Assembly: GCA_963836205.1 (NCBI GenBank)
Contig: CAWIIV010000006.1
Location: 352,001 to 416,000 of the forward strand
From: an uncultured Acidimicrobiia bacterium
GTDB lineage: Bacteria > Actinomycetota > Acidimicrobiia > Acidimicrobiales > AC-14
Direction: 5' to 3'
Length of the DNA stretch: 64,000 bases
Made by a program: the position numbers and the translations under genes
Shown here: piece after piece, positions 36,757 to 45,324 of the stretch
Position numbering within the stretch: the first letter of the stretch is position 1
Layout: each line of letters opens with the position of its first letter
The notes under the pieces: generated by a model
Told to the model about the DNA's origin: nothing
Databases searched by the model: none
What the model saw: only the letters and a program-made list of their open reading frames with translations

Positions 36757-38631
36757 ATGGGGCTTTGCCACGAGTTCGGCTCCCAGATCCGCTCGGGTTG
36801 CGACCACCCGATGCGAGCCGGCGCTTCCGCCTGCTCGTGTGCCGAGTGCGGGGTGGTCTGCCGGGGGCTGTTCGACGGATGCCCCGACGTCTGGGCCCGG
36901 GGGCCACGGCCGGTCGCCATCTCCGCCACCCGGGCGGGGGTCACCGCCCCGGCAACACCTCCCGTCACGGCCCCGACCGGCGGCGCAACCGTCACGCCTA
37001 TCCAATCGACCCGCACCGAGGAGGCCAAAGCCGTCCGTAGCGGCGCCGCAGTGGCGGCCATCGGGCCGGCCACGGTCCGAGCCGGCACGGCCAACGGGGC
37101 CGCTGGAGGCGACCGGGCCGGCGGGCGGGCGGGCGAGGGCGCCGGCTCCCGGGGGGGCGAGACGGGCTCGGCCCCAGGCGATCCGCGGCTGGAAGTGTTC
37201 AAGTGGTTCGAGGAGGCGTTCGAGGGCGTCCGTCTCGAGCTCCAGACACTGATCGCGAGCATGACCCATCAGCAGGCGATGCTGGCTGAGCTCCTCGACA
37301 GCCGGCAGGCCGAGCTGCGACTGGCCCTGGTGGCGGAGTCGCTCCCCGACATCGTCGCCGACGCGGTGCGGGCGGCCATGGACGACCACACCACCAGCCT
37401 GACCCAGGCCTACGACCAGTCCCACGACCGCTTCCGCGACGATGTCGAGAGCGTCCGCACCGCCACCGAGGGCACCGTCGACTCGCTGCGGGAGTCGTTC
37501 GGGAAGCTGGCGTCGGTCATCGCGGTGCACGACGAGGAGGCGGAGGCGCGGGAGTCGGTGCGGCTCGGCACCCTCAAGGGCAGCGTGACGAGGCAGATCA
37601 CCCCGATCACCGACGCGTTGGGAAAGCTGTCGAACAAGCTGGACGAGATCGGCTCCCGGCTCGACGCGGCCAGCCGGCCCGCACCGGCGGCCGCGGCGGG
37701 CCCGGTGGCTGCCGCCCGCCCGGCCCTGGCCCCGTCGCGGGCCCCGGGGGCGCGCACCGCCCCGGCCGCCCGGCCTCCCGCTGCCGGGCCCGCCGGTCGG
37801 GCGGCCCCGTCGGCGTGGGCGCCCCAGGTCGCGGCCGGACCGGTCGTCGCCCGCCGGGTCACGTCCAACCGGGCGGCAGCCGTCGCTGAGCCCGACGACA
37901 TCGACGACATCGACGCCGACGACATCGACGACGCCGACACCGACGACGAGCCGGCCCCCGCCGCACGCACGGCCAGGCAACCGGCCCAGGCGGCACGCAC
38001 CGCCAGGCCACCGGCCGCCGCCCCGCGTCCACCGGCCCAGCGTCCACCGGCCGCCGCCCCGCGTCCACCAGCTGCCGCCCGGGCGGGGTCCGGCCCCGCC
38101 AAGCGGGCGACCGCCACCGGCCCCGTGTCCCGCCGACGCCTACCGGTACCGGTACCGGAGCCGGAGGTCGAACCGGAGGTCGAGGAGGTCGAGGCCGTGG
38201 TCGCTCCGCCCCGGCCCCGGCGCATCAGCACCCCTCGAGCCACCATCGGCGCCCGCACCGCCGCTGGCAGCGGTGTCCGCCCGCCGGCCAACGGGTCGAA
38301 CGGGCCGGTGAGCGCCCCATCGCCCGCCCTCGGCCGGCCGTCGACGGCGCGGGTGACGGCCCCTCGGGCGTTCCAGCCGACCCCGCCGGAGCCCACCCCT
38401 GCGCCGACCGCCCGGCCCGGCGCCCGCCGCCGGGCTCAAGTGGCCCCCTTCCGGTCTCTTGCCGACGACGGCGATGACGAGCCGGTGGTCACCTACGAGC
38501 TTGAGGACGACACCGGAGGCCTGTTCGACATCGACGACGACGACGCCGGCTGGGCTCCCCCCGCCTGGGTGTCGGAGGTGGCCGCCAAGCGAACCCCGCC
38601 CGGCGGCGGAAGGTCCCGCCCAACGCGCTGA
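36757..38631 (+). CDS. Hypothetical protein: 7-Cys/2-His N-terminal domain, coiled coil, long Pro/Ala/Arg-rich tail with acidic patches
   Basis: ATG 6 nt after TACGAT; MGLCHEFG...CDHPM...CSCAECGVVC...GCPDVW. Confidence 0.75.
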   Translation: MGLCHEFGSQIRSGCDHPMRAGASACSCAECGVVCRGLFDGCPDVWARGPRPVAISATRAGVTAPATPPVTAPTGGATVTPIQSTRTEEAKAVRSGAAVAAIGPATVRAGTANGAAGGDRAGGRAGEGAGSRGGETGSAPGDPRLEVFKWFEEAFEGVRLELQTLIASMTHQQAMLAELLDSRQAELRLALVAESLPDIVADAVRAAMDDHTTSLTQAYDQSHDRFRDDVESVRTATEGTVDSLRESFGKLASVIAVHDEEAEARESVRLGTLKGSVTRQITPITDALGKLSNKLDEIGSRLDAASRPAPAAAAGPVAAARPALAPSRAPGARTAPAARPPAAGPAGRAAPSAWAPQVAAGPVVARRVTSNRAAAVAEPDDIDDIDADDIDDADTDDEPAPAARTARQPAQAARTARPPAAAPRPPAQRPPAAAPRPPAAARAGSGPAKRATATGPVSRRRLPVPVPEPEVEPEVEEVEAVVAPPRPRRISTPRATIGARTAAGSGVRPPANGSNGPVSAPSPALGRPSTARVTAPRAFQPTPPEPTPAPTARPGARRRAQVAPFRSLADDGDDEPVVTYELEDDTGGLFDIDDDDAGWAPPAWVSEVAAKRTPPGGGRSRPTR

Positions 38632-38760
38632 CCGACGTGACGGCGTAGAGCTCCGAGCATCCAACGCGCCGCCCGGATCATACGATCGACGTGATGGTCG
38701 TGATCCGCCGGGTTTTCGGCGGGGCGGGCACCGACATCGTCGCCGGTCCCGGCGCTCCGA

Positions 38761-38946
38761 TTCAGGACGATTCGGTGATCCGAAGGCTTCGTGTACGAGG
38801 GTCGTCGTGGTATCGGGCTGCCGACTCACGACAATTGGAGTGATACGAATGCTTCGTGCACCGAAATCGTCGTGATCTGGCGCGATTCGGGGCGATTCAC
38901 GACTATTGAGGTGATCCGAATGCCTCGTGCGCCCAAATCGTCGTTG
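38761..38946. repeat. Three tandem copies of a ~50-bp element TCACGAC-n7-GTGATCCGAATGC-TCGTGC-n-ATCGTCGTG
   Basis: Copies at about 38761-38810, 38826-38875 and 38897-38946, with inverted termini. Confidence 0.75.
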
Positions 38947-38981
38947 GGGACCCGTTCCGGTCCGAACGCCGGCGGTCGCCG

Positions 38982-39659
38982 TCAGCGGCGCAGGGCCTGC
39001 ACGACCTCGGACCACGGCACTCGGCCCTCGCGTAGGAGACGGGGCTCGAAGCCGGTGCAGTCGACCACCGTCGACGGGCTGCCGGTGCACGTCCCTCCGT
39101 CGAGCACGAGCGGTAGGGCGTCCCCGAACACCTTGGCCACCTCGGCCGCGGTCGTGAGGGTCGGCTCACGGTGGACGTTGGCACTCGTCGTGGCCAGGGG
39201 CCCCACCGCCCGGCACAGGGCCAGGGCGACGGGGTGGTCGGGGCAGCGCACGCCGATGGTGGCGTCGTCGTCGCCCAGGTCGGCGCCCAGGTCGACCCGG
39301 GCCGGGAGCACGATCGTGAGGGCACCCGGCCAGAAACGGGCCATCAGCGTCAGCGCCGTGCTCGGGACGGCGGTGGCCAGCCCCAGCGCCTGATCGGTCG
39401 ACGCCACCAGCACGGGCAGGTTCTCGTCCCGGGGCCGGCGCTTCAGCTCGAAGACCCTGTCGGAGGCACCGGGGAGGAAGGGGTCGACGGCCAGCCCGTA
39501 GACGGTGTCGGTGGGCAGGCCGATGGGAAGGCCGTGGGCCAGCACCTCCACCGCCCGGGCCAGGGCGACGGACGACAGGCCTTCGCCGGGCAGGTCGCCG
39601 GACGACCCGCCGTCAGGCGAGGGCTCCGACTCGCCGACACCATCGGTGGGCACGATCAC
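38982..39659 (-). CDS. tsaC: L-threonylcarbamoyladenylate synthase (Sua5/TsaC)
   Basis: PTDTVYGL, KRRP, FWPGALT, TTSAN and STVVD. Confidence 0.93.
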   Translation of the reverse strand: MIVPTDGVGESEPSPDGGSSGDLPGEGLSSVALARAVEVLAHGLPIGLPTDTVYGLAVDPFLPGASDRVFELKRRPRDENLPVLVASTDQALGLATAVPSTALTLMARFWPGALTIVLPARVDLGADLGDDDATIGVRCPDHPVALALCRAVGPLATTSANVHREPTLTTAAEVAKVFGDALPLVLDGGTCTGSPSTVVDCTGFEPRLLREGRVPWSEVVQALRR

Positions 39660-40525
39660 CCGCGGTACCTACCCACCAGGACCCGGGGCCTGTCGGCCAG
39701 GTCGGGCCGCACCTCGACGTCGTCGAACCCGGCGCCCGTCGCCAGCGCCGCCGCCGCCTCCGCCTGGTGGGGGGCGAGCTCCACCACCACCGTCCCCGGG
39801 CGCGCCAGCCAACCGGCGGCCCCGGTGACGACGGCGTCGATCCCCTCCAGACCGGTGGGCCCCGCCACCAGCGCCCCTGTCGGCTCCCAGTCGGCCACCT
39901 CGGCCGGCAGTACCTCGTCCACGGCCACGTAGGGCGGGTTCGACACCACCAGGTCGAGCTGGCCCCGCAGCTTCTCCGGCAACGGCTCGAACCACGACCC
40001 CGTCAGCAGCCGGACCCGCGGCCCCACCAGGCTCCCCGCCCCGGCCAGGTTGGCCCGGGCCACCGCCACCGCCTCGGCCGACACGTCGGTGGCCCACACC
40101 CGGGCCCGCGCCACCTCGTCGGCCACGGCCAGGGCGATGGCGCCCGACCCGGTACCGATGTCGGCGACCAGCGGCGGCGTGCGTCGATCCCGGGGCACCA
40201 GCCGCCGAAGCTCGTCGATGGCCACCTCGGCGACCACCTCCGTCTCCGGCCGGGGGATCAGCACCCGCCGGTCGACCAGCAGGTCGAGTCGCCGGAACCC
40301 CCACCGGCCGAGGACGTACTGCAACGGCTCCCCCCGGCGCCGCCGATCGACTATCGCGTCGGCGTAGGCCGCGGCCCGGGCCGGGGCGACCGAGTCGAGC
40401 TCGCCCACGAGCTGGGCTCGATCGAGTCCGGACGCCTCCTCCAGCACCCGCCACGCCTCGCCCGCCGCCGGCAGCGCCGTCCGCACCCGGCCCAGGACGT
40501 CGCGCCAGGTCTCCTCCTCCGTCAC
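39656..40525 (-). CDS. prmC: Release factor glutamine methyltransferase
   Basis: GEPLQY, LIPRPETE, DIGTGSGAIA and SNPPY; follows prfA. Confidence 0.95.
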   Translation of the reverse strand: MTEEETWRDVLGRVRTALPAAGEAWRVLEEASGLDRAQLVGELDSVAPARAAAYADAIVDRRRRGEPLQYVLGRWGFRRLDLLVDRRVLIPRPETEVVAEVAIDELRRLVPRDRRTPPLVADIGTGSGAIALAVADEVARARVWATDVSAEAVAVARANLAGAGSLVGPRVRLLTGSWFEPLPEKLRGQLDLVVSNPPYVAVDEVLPAEVADWEPTGALVAGPTGLEGIDAVVTGAAGWLARPGTVVVELAPHQAEAAAALATGAGFDDVEVRPDLADRPRVLVGRYRG

Positions 40526-40559
40526 CCCCGGGCAGTGGCAGCCCGAGCGGCGGCGGCCG

Positions 40560-41630
40560 TCACGCCCCGCCCTCGAGCTGGCGGGCCCGCTCGTCGGCCA
40601 GCAGCCCGTCGACCAGCGTGTCGAGGTCGCCCTCGAGCACCCGGCCCAGGTTGTGGTCCTTGAGCTCGCCGGCCAACCGGTGGTCGGTGACCCGGTTGTC
40701 GCGGTAGTTGTAGGTCCGGATCTTCTCCGACCGCCCCCCGCCGCCCACCTGGCCCCGGCGGATGTCGGACATCTCCGCCGCCACCTTGTCCTGCTCCGCC
40801 TTCAGCAGCCGGGCCCGCAGCACGATCAGCGCCTTGGCCCGGTTCTGGATCTGGCTCTTCTCGTCCTGCATGGCCACCACGATCCCGGTGGGAAGGTGGG
40901 TGATCCGCACCGCCGAGTCGGTGGTGTTCACCGATTGCCCGCCCGGGCCGGTGGAGCGGTAGACGTCGATCTTGAGGTCGTTGGGGTCGAGGTGGACGTC
41001 GACCTCCTCCGCCTCCGGCAGCACCGTGACGGTGGCCGACGACGTGTGGATCCGGCCTTGGGACTCGGTGACGGGCACCCTTTGCACCCGGTGGGGGCCG
41101 CCCTCGTGCTTCATGCGGCTCCACACGTCGTCGCCCTTGACCAGGAAGGTGACCTCGTTGAACCCACCCCGGTCGGACGGGTCGGCCCCCAGCACCTCCA
41201 GCTTCCACCCGTGGCGCTCGGCGTAGTGGGTGTACATGTCGAAAAGGTCCTTGGCGAAGAGGTTTGCCTCCTCCCCGCCCTCGGCCCCCCGGATCTCGAC
41301 GATCACGTTCTTGCCGTCGTTGGGGTCGCGGGGCTGGAGGAGCACCCGCAGTTCCTCGTCGAGCTCGGCCACCTTGGCCTCGGACTCCTCGATCTGGCTG
41401 CGGACGAAGTCGCGGTCGGCCCCGGACGAGTCGACGAGCATGCCCTTGGCCGCCTCCAGGTCGTCGGCGTGGGTCCGCAGCTCCCGGAAGGCGAGCACCA
41501 CCGGCTCCAGCTCCTTGAACCTCCGGGAGACCTCGGCGTAGGCCTTGTGGTCGCGCAGGACCTCAGGGTCGCCCAGCCGGCCCATGATCGCCTCGTACTC
41601 CGCTTCCAGCAGCTTCAGGCGCTCGAGCAT
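40560..41630 (-). CDS. prfA: Peptide chain release factor 1
   Basis: PVT anticodon motif (QRVPVTE), GPGGQ and RTYNY; ATG 41630. Confidence 0.97.
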   Translation of the reverse strand: MLERLKLLEAEYEAIMGRLGDPEVLRDHKAYAEVSRRFKELEPVVLAFRELRTHADDLEAAKGMLVDSSGADRDFVRSQIEESEAKVAELDEELRVLLQPRDPNDGKNVIVEIRGAEGGEEANLFAKDLFDMYTHYAERHGWKLEVLGADPSDRGGFNEVTFLVKGDDVWSRMKHEGGPHRVQRVPVTESQGRIHTSSATVTVLPEAEEVDVHLDPNDLKIDVYRSTGPGGQSVNTTDSAVRITHLPTGIVVAMQDEKSQIQNRAKALIVLRARLLKAEQDKVAAEMSDIRRGQVGGGGRSEKIRTYNYRDNRVTDHRLAGELKDHNLGRVLEGDLDTLVDGLLADERARQLEGGA

Positions 41631-41698
41631 CCCGATCCAGGCTACCGGCGGCCGGTGCCAGTCCGATCCGGGGCCCCGTGCGCCAAGCGGACGGGGGG

Positions 41699-41947
41699 CT
41701 ACTTCTTCTTGGCCGCGGCCGCGCCCGCGGCGCCGGCCTTGGCGCCGGCCCGGTTGCCGTAGCGGCGCTCGAAGCGCTCCACCCGGCCGCCGGTGTCGAC
41801 CAGCTTCTGCTTGCCGGTGAAGAACGGGTGGCACTCGTTGCAGAGCTCGACCCGCAGTTCGTCGCGGGTGGAGCGGGTGACGAAGGTGTTGCCGCACGAG
41901 CAGCGGACGGAGGCGGCCTCGTACTTGGGGTGGATATCGGTTCTCAC
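41699..41947 (-). CDS. rpmE: 50S ribosomal protein L31 (Zn-binding type)
   Basis: [23 protein letters not shown] and GRVERF. Confidence 0.97.
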   Translation of the reverse strand: MRTDIHPKYEAASVRCSCGNTFVTRSTRDELRVELCNECHPFFTGKQKLVDTGGRVERFERRYGNRAGAKAGAAGAAAAKKK

Positions 41948-41985
41948 GGCTGCATTCTCCCTTAGACGGACCTGGTTCCCCAAAA

Positions 41986-43938
41986 TCAGGCAGCGGGGGA
42001 CGGGGCCTTGGCGATCTCGGCCAGGAACTCGTCGTTGCTCTTGGTGGTGCGGATCTTGTCCATCAACAACTCGAGGCCCGCTCCTGATTCCAGGCCGTTG
42101 AGCACCCGCCGCAGCTTCCAGATCTGCTGGAGCTGGCCCCGGTCGAAGAGCAGCTCCTCGTGGCGGGTGGAGGAGGCGTTGACCTCCAGCGCCGGGTAGA
42201 TGCGGCGCTCGGCCAGCTTGCGGTCGAGGCGCAGCTCCATGTTGCCGGTGCCCTTGAACTCCTCGAAGATGACCTCGTCCATCTTGGACCCGGTCTCGAT
42301 GAGGGCGGTGGCCAGGATGGTGAGGGAGCCGCCCTCCTCCAGGTTGCGGGCCGACCCGAAGAACTTCTTGGGCGGGTAGAGCGCGTCGGTGGCCAGGCCG
42401 CCCGACATGATGCGCCCGCTGGCGGGGGCGGCCAGGTTGTAGGCCCGGGCCAGGCGGGTGATCCCGTCGAGGACGATCACCACGTCGCGACCCATCTCCA
42501 CCAGCCGCTTGGCCCGCTCGGAGGCGAGCTCGGCCACCTGGGTGTGCTCGTCGGACGGGCGGTCGAAGGTGGATGCCACCACCTCGCCCTTCACCGACCG
42601 GCGCATGTCGGTGACCTCCTCCGGACGCTCGTCGACCAGCAGCACCATGAGGTGGACGTCGGGGTTGTTGGCCTCGATGGAGTGGGCGATCTGCTTGAGG
42701 ACGGTTGTCTTGCCCGCCTTGGGCGGCGAGACGATCAGGCCTCGCTGGCCCTTGCCGATGGGCGAGATGAGGTCGACGATGCGGGCGACCATGTTGTTGG
42801 AGTCGCCCGGGATCTCCAGCCGGAGCTTCTCGTCGGGGAACAGGGGGGTGAGGTCCTCGAAGCGGGGCCGGTTGCGGGCGTCCTCGACGGTCATGTCGTT
42901 CACCGTGTCGATGCGGAGCAGGGCCGGGTACTTCTCGGTGCTGCCCGCGGGCCGGGCCGCGCCCTTGATGACGTCGCCCTTGCGCAGGCCGAAGCGGCGG
43001 ACCTGGCTGAGCGACACGTAGACGTCACGCGCTCCGGCCAGGTAGCCGTTGGTGCGCAGGAAGCCGTAGCCCTCGTCGCGGAGGTCGAGGAGGCCGTCGG
43101 CGGGGACGGGCTCGCCCGAGTAGGCGACTTCCTGGCCGCCCTGACCCTGGACGCGGTCGGGCTGGAGCTCGCGCTCGCCCCGGTCGCGCCCCCGCCGGCG
43201 CCGGCTGCGACGGTTGCCGGGGTCGCCGGGAGGACCGTCGAACTGCTGCGACTGGTTGTTGCCCCCTCCCCCACGGGGGCTGTTGTTGTCGGTACGAGGG
43301 CCGCGGTCTTCCCGCGGGGCACGGTCCTCACGCGGGCCGCGGTCGCGCTGCTGGCGGTCACCGCCACCACCGCCGCCGCCGCCGCCACTCGAACCGCCGC
43401 CGCCACCCGAAGCGCCGCCGCCGGAGCTCCGGTCGGTGGCCGGGGCGGGGGTGGACGTGTCCGCCGTCTCGCCCTCGGAGGCCTCGGCCGCCGGCGCTTC
43501 GGCCGCGGACGCACTCGCGGCCGGGCGGGCCGCGTCGCCAGTGGCGGGGGCCGCCTCCGCCTCGGCCGTGCCGCCGAAGAGCGTGCCCCCGGCGTCGCCG
43601 TTGGCCGCGTTGTCGCCGGAGGATGGGACCGGGGCCGCGTCGGCCTGGCCCTCGGCCGCCGCCGTGGCGCCGTTGCCGGCGGGTGCGTCCGCCGGCGGAG
43701 CCGGGGGCGCGGCTGCCGCCGCGGCCGCGGACGCCTTGGTGGCGCGGGTGCGCCGGGGGCGTTCGGGTGCCTCGCTGCCGGTCTCGATCCCCGCTTGCCG
43801 GAGGATCGAGTCGATCAGGGTCGCCTTCGACGCCCGCGACGCGGGCTTGACGCCCATGGCCTCGGCGATGACGGCCAGTTCCTCGCGTTCCTTGCCCTCG
43901 AGAACGGATCGCTCGAGCGCCTGGGGCGCAATACTCAT
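41986..43938 (-). CDS. rho: Transcription termination factor Rho with actinobacterial N-terminal insertion
   Basis: [33 protein letters not shown] and FKGTGNME. Confidence 0.97.
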   Translation of the reverse strand: MSIAPQALERSVLEGKEREELAVIAEAMGVKPASRASKATLIDSILRQAGIETGSEAPERPRRTRATKASAAAAAAAPPAPPADAPAGNGATAAAEGQADAAPVPSSGDNAANGDAGGTLFGGTAEAEAAPATGDAARPAASASAAEAPAAEASEGETADTSTPAPATDRSSGGGASGGGGGSSGGGGGGGGGDRQQRDRGPREDRAPREDRGPRTDNNSPRGGGGNNQSQQFDGPPGDPGNRRSRRRRGRDRGERELQPDRVQGQGGQEVAYSGEPVPADGLLDLRDEGYGFLRTNGYLAGARDVYVSLSQVRRFGLRKGDVIKGAARPAGSTEKYPALLRIDTVNDMTVEDARNRPRFEDLTPLFPDEKLRLEIPGDSNNMVARIVDLISPIGKGQRGLIVSPPKAGKTTVLKQIAHSIEANNPDVHLMVLLVDERPEEVTDMRRSVKGEVVASTFDRPSDEHTQVAELASERAKRLVEMGRDVVIVLDGITRLARAYNLAAPASGRIMSGGLATDALYPPKKFFGSARNLEEGGSLTILATALIETGSKMDEVIFEEFKGTGNMELRLDRKLAERRIYPALEVNASSTRHEELLFDRGQLQQIWKLRRVLNGLESGAGLELLMDKIRTTKSNDEFLAEIAKAPSPAA

Positions 43939-45113
43939 GGTGCCTCCCCGCTCGGTGCCATCAGGCACCGTGCGTGTTCGTCTGGTTGAAATGACTGGAT
44001 GAAGCGATGGGGGGGATTTCTTCCCCCTGGGCCCCCGGCAGGCGGGCGATGCCGTCGGTGCCGGAGGACGGGTGCGTAGCGGCTGTTTGCTCGGCACCCG
44101 CTTCGTTGAAACCGGGTTGCCCAGAACCGGGTTGCCCAGAACCGGGTTGCCCAGAACCGGGTTGCCCAGAACCGGGTGCCATGTGGCTCGGAACTGGTTT
44201 GTTCGGGGACGGCTCTGAACGCCTGGCCCACCACCAGGTCGATGACCTGCGACAACGTGGCGTCGAGGTTGTAGGACGGGACGATGGCCACGTTGTGCTG
44301 CAAGGCCAGCGACCGGACGTAGCGGTTGATCTTACGGATGTTCTTGAACGAGTCGAGGTAGCGCTCGGCGGGGCGGTTGCGGAAGTCGTGCGAACGCTGG
44401 AGGAAGTGGCTGCGGTGCAGCTCGGCCTCGTCGACCGTCACCACCATCGGTACCACCACCGCCTTGTCCTCGAAGCGGGCGAGGTCGAGAAACCCGGGGA
44501 CGACGTGGGCGCCCTCGATGATGAGGTCGGTACCCTCCGACACCGCCCGGCTGACCAGGGCCTCGATGCCGACGGCGACGGCCGACACCTGCTCGCGGAA
44601 GCCGATGATCACCGCGTCGGCGCTTCGGGGCAGGGGGTGGCGCACCAGGCGGGCGGCGTCGAACGACGAGGTGTGCAGGCTGGGAAAGAGGTCCTCGGTG
44701 AACATCGCCCGCATGACCTCCCGCACCGCGTCGGTGGGGATGACCCGGGTGATGCCCAGCCGGCTGGCCAGCATGGTGGCGATGGTGGACTTGCCCACGC
44801 CGGTGGCCCCGCCCAGCAGGATCACCAGCGGCAGGTCGAGGCGCTGCACCAGCTGCCACTTGGAGAACGACTCCGCGTAGCGTTCGCCCACCTCCGAGCG
44901 GAGGACCTCGTGGGCCAGTTGGTTGAGCTCGAGCTTGGAGATAGTGGCGACGCCCTGCTCGTCGAGGCGCTCCTCGATGACCTCGGCCACGTGGAAGGCG
45001 CGGCCCGGCGCGAGCCCGGTGGCCATGATGGCGGAGGCCATGAGTCCCTTGGAGTACGGAAACTCGTACTCCCGGTCTCCCACGACCATGTGGCGGGACG
45101 CCACTGCTTTCAC
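43935..45113 (-). CDS. pgk2: 2-phosphoglycerate kinase (ATP-cone plus P-loop), with a long C-terminal extension
   Basis: PYSKGLMA ATP-cone, GGATGVGKST, TDAVREVMR, LHTSSF and IIEGAHVVP. Confidence 0.85.
   Translation of the reverse strand: MKAVASRHMVVGDREYEFPYSKGLMASAIMATGLAPGRAFHVAEVIEERLDEQGVATISKLELNQLAHEVLRSEVGERYAESFSKWQLVQRLDLPLVILLGGATGVGKSTIATMLASRLGITRVIPTDAVREVMRAMFTEDLFPSLHTSSFDAARLVRHPLPRSADAVIIGFREQVSAVAVGIEALVSRAVSEGTDLIIEGAHVVPGFLDLARFEDKAVVVPMVVTVDEAELHRSHFLQRSHDFRNRPAERYLDSFKNIRKINRYVRSLALQHNVAIVPSYNLDATLSQVIDLVVGQAFRAVPEQTSSEPHGTRFWATRFWATRFWATRFWATRFQRSGCRANSRYAPVLRHRRHRPPAGGPGGRNPPHRFIQSFQPDEHARCLMAPSGEAP
44111..44177. repeat. 15-bp tandem repeat ACCGGGTTGCCCAGA, four perfect copies plus a partial copy
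   Basis: Directly visible; reads (RFWAT)n in the kinase frame. Confidence 0.95.
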
Positions 45114-45200
45114 GATTGTCCCTGTGCCTTCGGCAGCCGGACCGACAGGGGTGTCAGTTGGGTGCCAGTTGAGATGCTGGTTGATGTGTCGTGTACTGCA

Positions 45201-45324
45201 CGATTCCCGTCAGGACGATTGCCGTCAGTGCGATTCCCGTCAGGACGATGCGTCAGTGCGATTGCCGTCAGTGCGATTGCGGTCAGGGCGATTGCGGTCA
45301 GGGCGATTGCCGTCAGGGCGATGA
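45201..45324. repeat. About eight imperfect 15-bp tandem repeats CGATTGCCGTCAGKG covering the cpgS stop
   Basis: Directly visible; each unit carries TGA on the minus strand. Confidence 0.9.

Noticed and set aside
38761-38946. Possible CRISPR array
   Set aside because: Repeats are about 50 bp and degenerate, linkers are only 15-21 nt, there are three copies and no cas genes in the window.
43100-43800. Low-complexity Rho N-terminal insertion as a novelty
   Set aside because: Well known in actinobacterial Rho proteins.
45201-45324. Cys-rich ORF 45191-45856 (QCDCRQCDCGQGDC) as a metallothionein, or the repeats as CRISPR
   Set aside because: It is a translation by-product of a spacerless 15-bp tandem repeat, antisense to cpgS.
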